Positions 33,464-41,664 of a stretch of DNA of 64,000 nucleotides are shown here, piece by piece (position 1 is the first letter of the stretch; each line of letters begins with the position of its first letter). Under the pieces are notes generated by a model. That model was not told the origin of the DNA. It saw nothing but the letters and a program-made list of their open reading frames with translations, and ran no database searches. Both the position numbers and the translations under genes were made by a program. Source of the stretch: Hyphomicrobiaceae bacterium. GTDB taxonomy: Bacteria; Pseudomonadota; Alphaproteobacteria; Rhizobiales; Aestuariivirgaceae. The stretch lies in assembly GCA_900298995.1 (NCBI GenBank), contig OMIC01000032.1:4254-68253 (forward strand), read 5' to 3'.

Positions 33464-33772
33464 ATGACCAGACGGCGCGCTCAGGCCTCTGCATCGGCCG
33501 CAACAGACGCCAACGCCCTCAAGATCGTTGTGCCAGATGGGCTTACGCCGACCGAACGCCAGCGCGAGACGGCAGAATACCTTGCGGACATGATCCTTGA
33601 ACTTAGAAACCTCGCGCGGGGTGCAAAGCTCCACATGGTCATGGTGCCGCTGGAATACGCCTATTACGAGGCGTTCGGGGCTGCGCATCGCGTTGATGTC
33701 CCCGAGGCTGAAATCGAACGCATCAAGCGCCTGACACGGGCCAGCGAAGACGCCGAGCGCCGTCCGGGCTGA
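33464..33772 (+). CDS. Hypothetical protein (102 aa)
   Basis: ATG preceded by GGAGGA at good spacing. Composition is not typical of GC-rich noise ORFs. I recognise no motif. Confidence 0.5.
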   Translation: MTRRRAQASASAATDANALKIVVPDGLTPTERQRETAEYLADMILELRNLARGAKLHMVMVPLEYAYYEAFGAAHRVDVPEAEIERIKRLTRASEDAERRPG

Positions 33773-33779
33773 CTGCCGC

Positions 33780-35171
33780 TCACAGGGCGTGACGTGCCTC
33801 GCCCAGCGGTTCAGCATGAGCGATGACACGGCGGATATCCTGAAAACGATCCTTCAGACCAGCTTCGATGCGGTCGATGTCATCATGAATGTGTTCCACC
33901 GTCTCAGCCGCCGGGCAGCGGCAGTGATAATGCAGGAACAGCCCTTCCTCGTTGCGCCGTAGCCTCACATTGTGGATGTCGCTGAGACGTGGATGCAGCG
34001 CCGCGAGCCCGATCAACGCCTTGCGAACTTCCGCAGCGATCGGGGCGGGCGCATCCTGGCCCTGAAGCAGGCGTTCGGGTTGTGGCTCGATATGGCTTTC
34101 AACCTCTACGTCCGTTCCCAGTTCCGCGCGGATTGCTTCCTCGAGGCTGGTTGCGGTGGCGTGGGCCTCGCCGAGCGGCATGGATCCTTCGACTTCGAGA
34201 TCGAAGCTGATTGCCAGTCGGCCGCCCAATTGCTGGGCTGTGAGATGGTGGATGGCCAGATTGCGTCGGGAAGCTATCAGCATGACCTTTTGGAAAACGG
34301 TCTCATTGTCGAGCGCCACCGGATTGGCGGTTACCGTTACGTCCGCATTGGGGAAACGATCGGTGATGGCGGCATGAATGAGGGTCTTGGTCCTGACGAT
34401 GTCGTCGATCGGCATGGTCCGGGCGACCTGGACCACCACCGAAGCGAACAGGGTCGCTCCCGAGGGCCTGAGGCGGATTGACTCGATGGCAAGCACACCA
34501 TGAACATCATTCACCAGCCCGCGCACGACTTCGGTAGCCCCGCTGGGTGCCGCGTCGAGTAGCGTGCTCAGTGTGCGTGCGCCCAGCTCCCAACCGGCGT
34601 AGGCAATGAAGGCGGAGACCACGAGCGCGGCGATCGCATCCGCCGCTGGCACTCCCGCCCAGACTGCGCCAAGCCCCAGCAGCACGACGATCGAGCTCCA
34701 CATGTCGGATGAAAAATGCAGGGCGTCTGCCTCCAGCGCCTCGCTCGACGTCTTGATTGCAACCCGCTTGAGAGCACGCGCACGGTTGAAATCGATGAGG
34801 ATTGAGCCGGCAATGATGGCCACCGCCCACCAGGTGACGTCAACGTCGTGGCCGTCATTCCACAACAGCCGCCGGACGGCCTCCCAGACGATCCAGGCCG
34901 TGGTAAGAAACAGCAAAGCAGTTTCCACGAGAGCGGCAACGCTTTCGATCTTGGCATGACCATAGTGGTGCTGGTCATCGGCCGGCCGGTCGGACCAGCG
35001 GATCGCCAGAAAAGTGACGATCGTCGCGCCGAAATCGACGAGGCTGTGGATGGCCTCGGAAAGAATGCCCAGGGAACCCGTGAAAAGCGCCGCGAGCAGC
35101 TTCGAGCCGGACAGCACCGCACTCGCAAGCATGGAGACAAGCGCCACGGACTGTTTTTCTGAACCCGCCAT
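33780..35171 (-). CDS. Cation diffusion facilitator (CDF) family transporter with extended C-terminal region
   Basis: 463 aa. TM2 HSLVD and TM5 HFSSD (HxxxD metal-site motifs). Followed by three consecutive CTD-like segments (see findings). Confidence 0.88.
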   Translation of the reverse strand: MAGSEKQSVALVSMLASAVLSGSKLLAALFTGSLGILSEAIHSLVDFGATIVTFLAIRWSDRPADDQHHYGHAKIESVAALVETALLFLTTAWIVWEAVRRLLWNDGHDVDVTWWAVAIIAGSILIDFNRARALKRVAIKTSSEALEADALHFSSDMWSSIVVLLGLGAVWAGVPAADAIAALVVSAFIAYAGWELGARTLSTLLDAAPSGATEVVRGLVNDVHGVLAIESIRLRPSGATLFASVVVQVARTMPIDDIVRTKTLIHAAITDRFPNADVTVTANPVALDNETVFQKVMLIASRRNLAIHHLTAQQLGGRLAISFDLEVEGSMPLGEAHATATSLEEAIRAELGTDVEVESHIEPQPERLLQGQDAPAPIAAEVRKALIGLAALHPRLSDIHNVRLRRNEEGLFLHYHCRCPAAETVEHIHDDIDRIEAGLKDRFQDIRRVIAHAEPLGEARHAL

Positions 35172-35293
35172 AGATCACCCTCTAGCCGCTCACCCCCGTG
35201 GTCTCAAGCCATTCCTTCGGAGCATGAGCACCGGCAGTCCAGGCAGTTGCAGACCGGGTACCAATAGTGCTGGTCTCGGCGGCGACGATCGCC

Positions 35294-36493
35294 ATGACCC
35301 CTGATTCCCTTCCCCAAGACACCCCGCTGCCCCGACGTGCCGGAGCCTATACCTTCGCTGCCTTGTTCGCGGTCGAATCCTTTGTTCGGGCGCTCAATTC
35401 GACCGTTGTCTCGCTTCAGGCCTACGACATTCTTGGCGCTGCACAGAAGGTCAGCGTTCTTTCGACCGGCGTGTCTGTAGCCGTCCTCGTGTCAACGCTC
35501 TTTCTGCCTCATATCCTCGGACGGACACCGCGCCGCTGGGCCTACATGATGGGTATTGCGATGATGATGGCGGCGAGCCTGGCGCTCGCCAGTCACATGG
35601 TCGCTGGTCAGGCCCTAGGTATGCTTCTCCGGAATCTGGGGGCTGCTGTTCTCAACATCACACTGCAGCTTTACATCTTGGATCACATCCGGCGTGTCGA
35701 TCTTGCCCGTACGGAGCCCCTGAGACTGAGCCTGTCGACATTCTCCTGGATGACCGGACCCGCACTCGGTGTATGGCTCTATGTGAACTATGGACCCTGG
35801 GCGCCCCAGGCACTGGCAATCGTATCCGCCGGGGCCTTGTTCACATTGTTCTTGATCCTCCGCCCATCGGACAGCGTGACGGGACAGGTGGCCGTCAATC
35901 CCGGAGCGTTCAGCGCGCTCAGCAATGTCAGGCGCTTCAGCGCTCAGCCCCGGTTACGACTCGCCTGGCTCATTGCCTTTGGCCGCTCCTGTTTCTGGAC
36001 CACCTTTTTCATTTACGGGCCATTGCTGCTCGTCGAGGCCGGTCTTCCGAAGACCTTGGGCGGCATCATGATTTCAGCCAGTCAGGCCGTGCTTCTGACC
36101 GCCTGGTTTTCCGGGCGTTTCGCCCGCATCCATGGGGTCCGCACCGTTATCGCATTATCGTTTGCAGCCTGCAGCCTCACCTCGCTCACTGCAGGTCTGG
36201 CCGGGACTGCATCGCCCTATCTGGCCATTGGCAGTCTCCTCCTCGGATCGGTTGCCGCCTCGGCACTCGATGGCGTGGGCGGCATTCCGTTTCTTCGCGC
36301 CGTTCACCATCATGAGCGCCAGCGGATGGCCGCCGTCTACAGGACCTACATCGACTGTTCCGAACTCATCCCGGCATTCATCTTTGCTTTCGCCCTTCTG
36401 TGGCTCCCGATTGGCTCCGTCTTCGTAATTCTGGCTGTCGCGCTCATGATCGTTGGGGGAGTCGCCTGGCGCTATCTTCCCAAGTCGCTCTAG
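35294..36493 (+). CDS. MFS transporter
   Basis: About 400 aa with about 12 hydrophobic segments in a 6+6 layout. The start is uncertain (GTG 35267 or ATG 35294). Confidence 0.7.
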   Translation: MTPDSLPQDTPLPRRAGAYTFAALFAVESFVRALNSTVVSLQAYDILGAAQKVSVLSTGVSVAVLVSTLFLPHILGRTPRRWAYMMGIAMMMAASLALASHMVAGQALGMLLRNLGAAVLNITLQLYILDHIRRVDLARTEPLRLSLSTFSWMTGPALGVWLYVNYGPWAPQALAIVSAGALFTLFLILRPSDSVTGQVAVNPGAFSALSNVRRFSAQPRLRLAWLIAFGRSCFWTTFFIYGPLLLVEAGLPKTLGGIMISASQAVLLTAWFSGRFARIHGVRTVIALSFAACSLTSLTAGLAGTASPYLAIGSLLLGSVAASALDGVGGIPFLRAVHHHERQRMAAVYRTYIDCSELIPAFIFAFALLWLPIGSVFVILAVALMIVGGVAWRYLPKSL

Positions 36494-36572
36494 GGAGGGT
36501 CGGCCCTTGCACTTGACGGCCCTGCCGCAACGCGCAACACATTGACAGGTTTGGCGAGAAGGATTGCGCAGC

Positions 36573-36977
36573 ATGCCCCAGAAGATTGTCGTTGGTCACA
36601 AGCAGCTCATGGCGGAAGCCGAGGCAAAGGTCTCTCAGGTCTCTGCGGCAGAGGCAATCGCGAAGCTCGGGCAGCCTGATGTCGTCATTGTGGATATCCG
36701 AGATCCCCGGGAGATCCAGCGGGAAGGGCGCATCCCAGGCTCCTTCCACGCGCCCCGAGGCATGCTGGAATTCTGGGTCGATCCCGACAGCCCCTATCAC
36801 AAGCCGGTCTTCGCCGAAGACAAGACGTTCATCCTCCACTGCGCCTCGGGTTGGCGCTCGCTTCTGGCAACCGAACTGCTGCAGCGCATGGGCATGAAGC
36901 CCGTGTTCAACCTCAAGGGAGGCTTCGGGGCTTGGAAGGAAGCCGGAGGACCCGTCGAAACCGTCGAACACAAGTGA
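36573..36977 (+). CDS. Rhodanese-like sulfurtransferase domain protein
   Basis: 134 aa with the active-site loop HCASGWRS. ATG at 36573 is preceded by GAGAAGGA. The track TTG at 36564 is less likely. Confidence 0.85.
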   Translation: MPQKIVVGHKQLMAEAEAKVSQVSAAEAIAKLGQPDVVIVDIRDPREIQREGRIPGSFHAPRGMLEFWVDPDSPYHKPVFAEDKTFILHCASGWRSLLATELLQRMGMKPVFNLKGGFGAWKEAGGPVETVEHK

Positions 36978-37630
36978 GCAAGCTTCAGCTCATCATCGGC
37001 AACAAGAACTATTCCTCATGGTCACTCAGGCCATGGTTCGCACTCACAATGACGGGAATCCCGTTTCGTGAGACCGTGATCCCGCTCGATACGCCCGAGA
37101 CAGCTGCACTCATCGCACAACACTCGGGCGCCGGACGGTTGCCAGTGCTGCACCATGGCCGCCAAACGGTCTGGGAATCGCTAGCGATCATGGAATATCT
37201 GGCCGAACTCTTTCCCGAGAAACACTTGTGGCCTCGGGCTGGATCTGCACGGGCCGTCGCCCGTTCCATAGCACATGAGATGCACGCTGGGTTTTCCAGC
37301 CTGCGCAACGCCTGTCCGATGAATCTCCGCAGGGCGCGCAAACCTGTCCCGCTGACCGAATCTGCCACGCGTGATGTCGCACGACTCGAAAACATCTGGC
37401 GCAACTGCCGCGAGAAATACGGGAAGGGCGGAAGATTCCTGTTCGGCCGCTTTTCAATCGCTGACGCGATGTTTGCACCGGTCGTCACCCGGTTCGAGAC
37501 CTATGCAATTCCCGTGACGGCGGAAACCCGGGCCTACATGGACAACATCCTTTCCACCCCAGCTTTCATGGCGTGGAAGCATGCGGCCTTGCAGGAGACA
37601 TGGATCGTTCCCTCCGACGAGGTCGACTAG
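36974..37630 (+). CDS. Glutathione S-transferase family protein (YfcF-like)
   Basis: The GTG at 36974 overlaps the rhodanese stop (GTGA). SKLQLIIGNKNYSSWSLRPW...VLHHG..VWESLAIMEYL is a GST N-terminal thioredoxin-like pattern. The track start at 36851 lies inside the upstream gene. Confidence 0.85.
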   Translation: MSKLQLIIGNKNYSSWSLRPWFALTMTGIPFRETVIPLDTPETAALIAQHSGAGRLPVLHHGRQTVWESLAIMEYLAELFPEKHLWPRAGSARAVARSIAHEMHAGFSSLRNACPMNLRRARKPVPLTESATRDVARLENIWRNCREKYGKGGRFLFGRFSIADAMFAPVVTRFETYAIPVTAETRAYMDNILSTPAFMAWKHAALQETWIVPSDEVD

Positions 37631-38433
37631 AAAAGACCCTTGGAAATTTCCCAGCCTGCTATGCTGCAGATCAGCAAACCGACGGCAATCATGAGTGGCT
37701 TGCGAGGCGCGATCTTGAGGAGCCATCCTGCCAGAAACGCAGAGGGCAGCCCGCCCGCGATCAGACCGGCAATAGCTACGAGATGGCTGCCAAGTCCGTG
37801 GGATTCGGCCCACACGCCAGCAACCAGAAATACCGCGAAAGCTGACACCACGGCGGCTGTCACGACGAACTCGGCCGCATTGACCGTGCCGACGACATAG
37901 CGGGGAGGCGCCCCTGCGCCGATGAGGCTCGAGGTCACGACCGGCCCCCAGCCGCCGCCGCCGATCGCGTCGAGAAAGCCACCCGCCGCTCCCAGCGGCG
38001 CTATGAATTTTCCAGGTACAGTCTTGTTGGCCGGAAACATCAATCCGCGCCAGATGATCACAAGACCCATGACCCCGAGATAGCAGAAGACGAAGGGTCG
38101 GATCGCCGCAGCCGCGACATTCACCAGGACCAGAGCGCCGATGATGCCTCCAAGTGAACCAGCGATGCACAGGATGACGAGAATGCGTCGGTCCACATTT
38201 CCATGCAGCATGTGGGATGCTCCCGACGCCGCTGTCGTGAACAGTTTGGCCGCGTGAACGCTGGCAGAGGTGTGTGCCGGAGGAACGCCGGACGCCAGCA
38301 GGACTGTTGAGGATATGACACCATAGCCCATGCCCAGTGCGCCATCGATCAGCTGTGCGAAGAAGCCGACGGCGGCAAAGATCAGAAAATCAGTAATCCA
38401 GGGATCAATCATCATGTCCGTCGTCGTGTTCAA
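37627..38433 (-). CDS. TauE/SafE (DUF81) family sulfite/organosulfonate exporter-like membrane protein
   Basis: 268 aa with about 7-8 TM segments and Gly-rich repeats (GALGMGYG, GAAGGFLDAIGGGGWGPV). A TTG at 38433 abuts the cysH stop. Alternative ATGs at 38415 and 38412. Confidence 0.8.
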   Translation of the reverse strand: MNTTTDMMIDPWITDFLIFAAVGFFAQLIDGALGMGYGVISSTVLLASGVPPAHTSASVHAAKLFTTAASGASHMLHGNVDRRILVILCIAGSLGGIIGALVLVNVAAAAIRPFVFCYLGVMGLVIIWRGLMFPANKTVPGKFIAPLGAAGGFLDAIGGGGWGPVVTSSLIGAGAPPRYVVGTVNAAEFVVTAAVVSAFAVFLVAGVWAESHGLGSHLVAIAGLIAGGLPSAFLAGWLLKIAPRKPLMIAVGLLICSIAGWEISKGLF

Positions 38434-39140
38434 TGGCAGACCTCACGGGAACCGCGGATCGGCTGCCCGTTGACAGTCCAGTGAATGCCGCACTCCGTCT
38501 TGGCAGAACCAGCCCAGCGTCCGGCGCGCGGGTCCTCCGCCGATCCGCCCGACGTGGTGCATGGTTCACAGCCGATCGAATAGTAGCCTGCTTCCGTCAG
38601 AGGATGCACGGGAAGATCATGCGCAGTCATGTAAGCCTGCAGGTCGAGTGCTGAAAACCCCGCCAGCGGATCGACTTTCAGTCGGCCCTCGGGGAGCGAA
38701 AGAAAGTCGAGTGTCGCGCGCGCCGACCCGTGGTAGCGTTTGCGGCCAGAGACGACAGCGTCGAAACCGTCCAGGGCCCTCTTGAGCGGCAGGGTCTTGC
38801 GGATGTTGCAGCAGTGGTCGGCATCTGTGCGGTAGAGAGTGCCTTCAGGGTCCGTGCTCGCGAGATCGGCCTGATCCGGGGCGATGGACCTTACATCGAC
38901 AAGGCCCAGCCTGTCCGTCAGGCGGGCGCGGTGATGGAGCGTCTCCCAGAAATGCTTGCCCGTATCGAGAAATATGATGGGTGTCGCCCTGTTGACCTCC
39001 GAGACCATGTGCAGCAGCACCGCCGATTCCGCCCCGAAGGATGAGACCACGGCCGCGCGGCCCGCGAAATCGCGCAGCACCGCGTCGAGCAGCTGACGCG
39101 CCTCGAGACCGGCATAGTTCTCGAAAATGCTACGCTCCAC
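38430..39140 (-). CDS. cysH: Assimilatory APS/PAPS reductase (Fe-S type CysH)
   Basis: Catalytic ECGIH near the C-terminus. The CC (DHCCNIRK) and CxxC (GCEPCT) cysteines are typical of [4Fe-4S] APS-reductase-type CysH. The start is uncertain: the GTG at 39140 lies 5 nt after the DUF934 stop, and the track GTG at 39278 overlaps DUF934 by 133 nt. Confidence 0.88.
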   Translation of the reverse strand: MERSIFENYAGLEARQLLDAVLRDFAGRAAVVSSFGAESAVLLHMVSEVNRATPIIFLDTGKHFWETLHHRARLTDRLGLVDVRSIAPDQADLASTDPEGTLYRTDADHCCNIRKTLPLKRALDGFDAVVSGRKRYHGSARATLDFLSLPEGRLKVDPLAGFSALDLQAYMTAHDLPVHPLTEAGYYSIGCEPCTTSGGSAEDPRAGRWAGSAKTECGIHWTVNGQPIRGSREVCH

Positions 39141-39145
39141 CCCTG

Positions 39146-39676
39146 TCAGCCCGCGTGCGGTTGCTCGAGCCAGGCTTCCGCGTCGGTGTGACGTTCCGTC
39201 CAGATCTCGGACTCGGCATCCCTGCGAAACAGGCCGCGCTGATAGGCGAGCGACATCTGGCGCGACGCCCTGGACCACATCTCGATGGGGAACCGGTCTC
39301 CGATCTCGAAGCTGTTGAAGCCGACCTGAAGCATGAACTGCATCTGATCAGGCAGGACATTTCCGGTGGCGCGCAGCTCACCGGCATAGCCCATCTCACG
39401 CAGCTTCCGGGCGATCGAATAGGCACGCCCGTCGTTGAAGGCCGGGAAGGGCAGCACGATCAGCGACAGCCGGGGCAGCAGGGCCTGGAACATCTCGGGC
39501 CTGTCGGTGTTGGCAAGCCTCACCCCGAGACGTCCGGTTCTTTCCGACAAGCCCGGCCAATCCGCAAGCAGCCGGCTGGCGGACAGCACGACATCGCCTG
39601 CAGTTGGCACCTCACCGTCAGCGCTCACATCGATCCAGCCATCTGACACGACGGCTCCGTTCCTAAGCAGTTGCAT
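39146..39676 (-). CDS. DUF934 domain-containing protein (sulfite-reduction associated)
   Basis: 176 aa from the ATG at 39676 (MQLLRNGAVVSDGW...FPAFNDGRAYSIARKLRE...GNVLPDQ). It overlaps the cysI 3' end by 14 nt. The upstream 165 codons of the track ORF are S/R/P-rich and lie inside cysI. Confidence 0.75.
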   Translation of the reverse strand: MQLLRNGAVVSDGWIDVSADGEVPTAGDVVLSASRLLADWPGLSERTGRLGVRLANTDRPEMFQALLPRLSLIVLPFPAFNDGRAYSIARKLREMGYAGELRATGNVLPDQMQFMLQVGFNSFEIGDRFPIEMWSRASRQMSLAYQRGLFRRDAESEIWTERHTDAEAWLEQPHAG

Positions 39677-41318
39677 AGAGGGCCTCCTTGAAGGGTTTTG
39701 CGCCGAGGCGGCGGTAGGTTCCAAGGAACTCCTCGCCTGGTTCGCGATGCTTGAGATAGGTGTCGAGAATGGTCTCGATGGCGTCCGCCACCTCATGTCC
39801 GGCAAATCCCGGACCCAGGATCGTGCCGATCGACGCGCTTTCGGCAGACGAGCCGCCCAGAGTGATCTGATAGAACTCCTCGCCCTTCTTATCGAGGCCG
39901 AGGATGCCGATATGGCCGACGTGATGGTGGCCGCAGGCGTTGATGCAGCCGGAGATGTTGATCTTGATCCGGCCGATTTCATCCTGCTTGGCTGAATTCG
40001 CGAATCTGCGCGCGATCGACTGGGCAATCGGAATGGATCGGGCCGTCGCGAGCGCGCAGTAGTCGAGGCCGGGGCAGGCGATGATGTCGCCAGCAAGTCC
40101 GTAATTGGCGGCCGCAAGCCCGGTGTCCTCGAGAGCCTGCCAGATTGCGAAGAGATCGCCCTTCCGGACATGCGGCAGAACGATGTTCTGTGCGTGGCTC
40201 ACCCGCAATTCATCGAAACTGTAGCGTTCGGCGAGATCCGCCATGATCCGCATCTGCTCTGCCGTCGCATCACCGGGGATTCCGCCTTCTGGCTTCAGCG
40301 AGATGTTCACGATCGCATAGCCATCGACACGGTGTGGGCCGAGATTGTTCTTCGCCCAGCGCGCGAAGGCCGGGTGCGAGAGCTTTGCCTCCTCGAAAGC
40401 CGGAGACCAGCGTGGCAGGCTCTCGAAGGCGGGCGGCGCGAAATAGGCCGCGATGCGCTTCAACTCGCGTTCCTCGACCTCGGTGGAAGGGTGGGGACGG
40501 CTGGCATATTCGGCTTCGACTTCCTCGCGGAACTTGTCGTGTCCGATCTCGTGGACGAGGATCTTGATGCGCGCCTTGTACTTGTTGTCGCGGCGACCAT
40601 AGAGATTGTAGACCCGCATGATGGCTTCGAGATAGCCGATCAGCTCGTGCTGCGGTAGAAAGCCTCGCACGGTCACACCCACCATCGGGGTGCGTCCCAG
40701 GCCGCCGCCGACGATCACCTCCCAACCCGTCTCGCCCGCCTCGTTGCGATGCAGACGCAGGCCGATGTCGTGAACCTTGACGGCCGCCCGGTCATTGGGC
40801 GCCCCCGTCACGGCGATCTTGAACTTGCGCGGCAGGTAGGAGAACTCGGGGTGCAGGGAAGACCATTGCCGGAGCAGTTCGCCCACCGGACGCGGATCGG
40901 CAATCTCGTCGGCCGCCGCGCCCGCCCAGTGATCGGTGGTGACGTTGCGGATGCAGTTCCCCGACGTCTGGATGGCGTGCATCTCCACATCGGCCAGCGC
41001 GTCGAGAATGTCTGCAGTATCCTCGAGCTTGATCCAGTTGAACTGGATGTTCTGACGCGTCGTGAAATGGCCATAGCCCTTGTCCCAGCGTTCCGCGATC
41101 AGTGCGAGCCGACGCATCTGCCGGCTCGACAAGGTTCCATAGGGAATGGCCACGCGCAGCATGTAGGCATGGAGCTGCAGGTAAAGCCCGTTCATCAGGC
41201 GCAGCGGCCGGAACTCATCCTCCGTCAGATCGCCCCTCAGGCGGCGGTCGGCCTGGTCACGGAACTGGCGGGTGCGCTCGCGCACGAATTGATTGTCGAA
41301 CTCGTCATAGCGATACAT
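39663..41318 (-). CDS. cysI: Sulfite reductase hemoprotein (ferredoxin-type nitrite/sulfite reductase family)
   Basis: 551 aa from the ATG at 41318 (MYRYDEFDNQF...) with a GGAGAG RBS. Siroheme/4Fe-4S ligands are CPGLDYC (Cx5C) and GCINAC (Cx3C). Confidence 0.92.
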   Translation of the reverse strand: MYRYDEFDNQFVRERTRQFRDQADRRLRGDLTEDEFRPLRLMNGLYLQLHAYMLRVAIPYGTLSSRQMRRLALIAERWDKGYGHFTTRQNIQFNWIKLEDTADILDALADVEMHAIQTSGNCIRNVTTDHWAGAAADEIADPRPVGELLRQWSSLHPEFSYLPRKFKIAVTGAPNDRAAVKVHDIGLRLHRNEAGETGWEVIVGGGLGRTPMVGVTVRGFLPQHELIGYLEAIMRVYNLYGRRDNKYKARIKILVHEIGHDKFREEVEAEYASRPHPSTEVEERELKRIAAYFAPPAFESLPRWSPAFEEAKLSHPAFARWAKNNLGPHRVDGYAIVNISLKPEGGIPGDATAEQMRIMADLAERYSFDELRVSHAQNIVLPHVRKGDLFAIWQALEDTGLAAANYGLAGDIIACPGLDYCALATARSIPIAQSIARRFANSAKQDEIGRIKINISGCINACGHHHVGHIGILGLDKKGEEFYQITLGGSSAESASIGTILGPGFAGHEVADAIETILDTYLKHREPGEEFLGTYRRLGAKPFKEALYATA

Positions 41319-41322
41319 GGCG

Positions 41323-41664
41323 TCACTCTCCCTCAGGCGCTGCGAAGAACGCGCCCTTGCCTTCAGCCTGTTTTCCAAGATCGGTTCTGACCGTCGGACC
41401 GAGCGCACGCATGCGCTCGCGGATGTGCGCCGCGCGCACACGCCCGTCTCGGCGCTCCGCATCGACCAGATAGGATCCCGTCACGATTGTCTTGCGCTCG
41501 TCCTCGCGCGCGCGCTGCTCGAGGGCAGCCGCGGCCTCGGGTTCGACCGCAAGCACGGCCTCGTCGATCGACTCGCTCCAGTTCCCGCTTGTGGTCAGGA
41601 ACACGGCGATCCCGTCCCGCAGGCGGTTGGCTGTGATCAACTGTCCTTTCTCGACTGCGCTCAT
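41323..41664 (-). CDS. DUF2849 domain-containing protein
   Basis: 113 aa from the ATG at 41664 (MSAVEKGQLITANRLRDGIAVFL...), which shares its A with the upstream TGA. The stop lies 4 nt before the cysI ATG. Confidence 0.7.
   Translation of the reverse strand: MSAVEKGQLITANRLRDGIAVFLTTSGNWSESIDEAVLAVEPEAAAALEQRAREDERKTIVTGSYLVDAERRDGRVRAAHIRERMRALGPTVRTDLGKQAEGKGAFFAAPEGE

Noticed and set aside
39677-40171. 165-codon N-terminal extension of the DUF934 ORF (track ORF 39146..40171)
   Set aside because: The extension is S/R/P/A-rich, lies wholly inside cysI in another frame, and precedes a good internal ATG (39676) that gives the conserved DUF934 N-terminus MQLLRNG.
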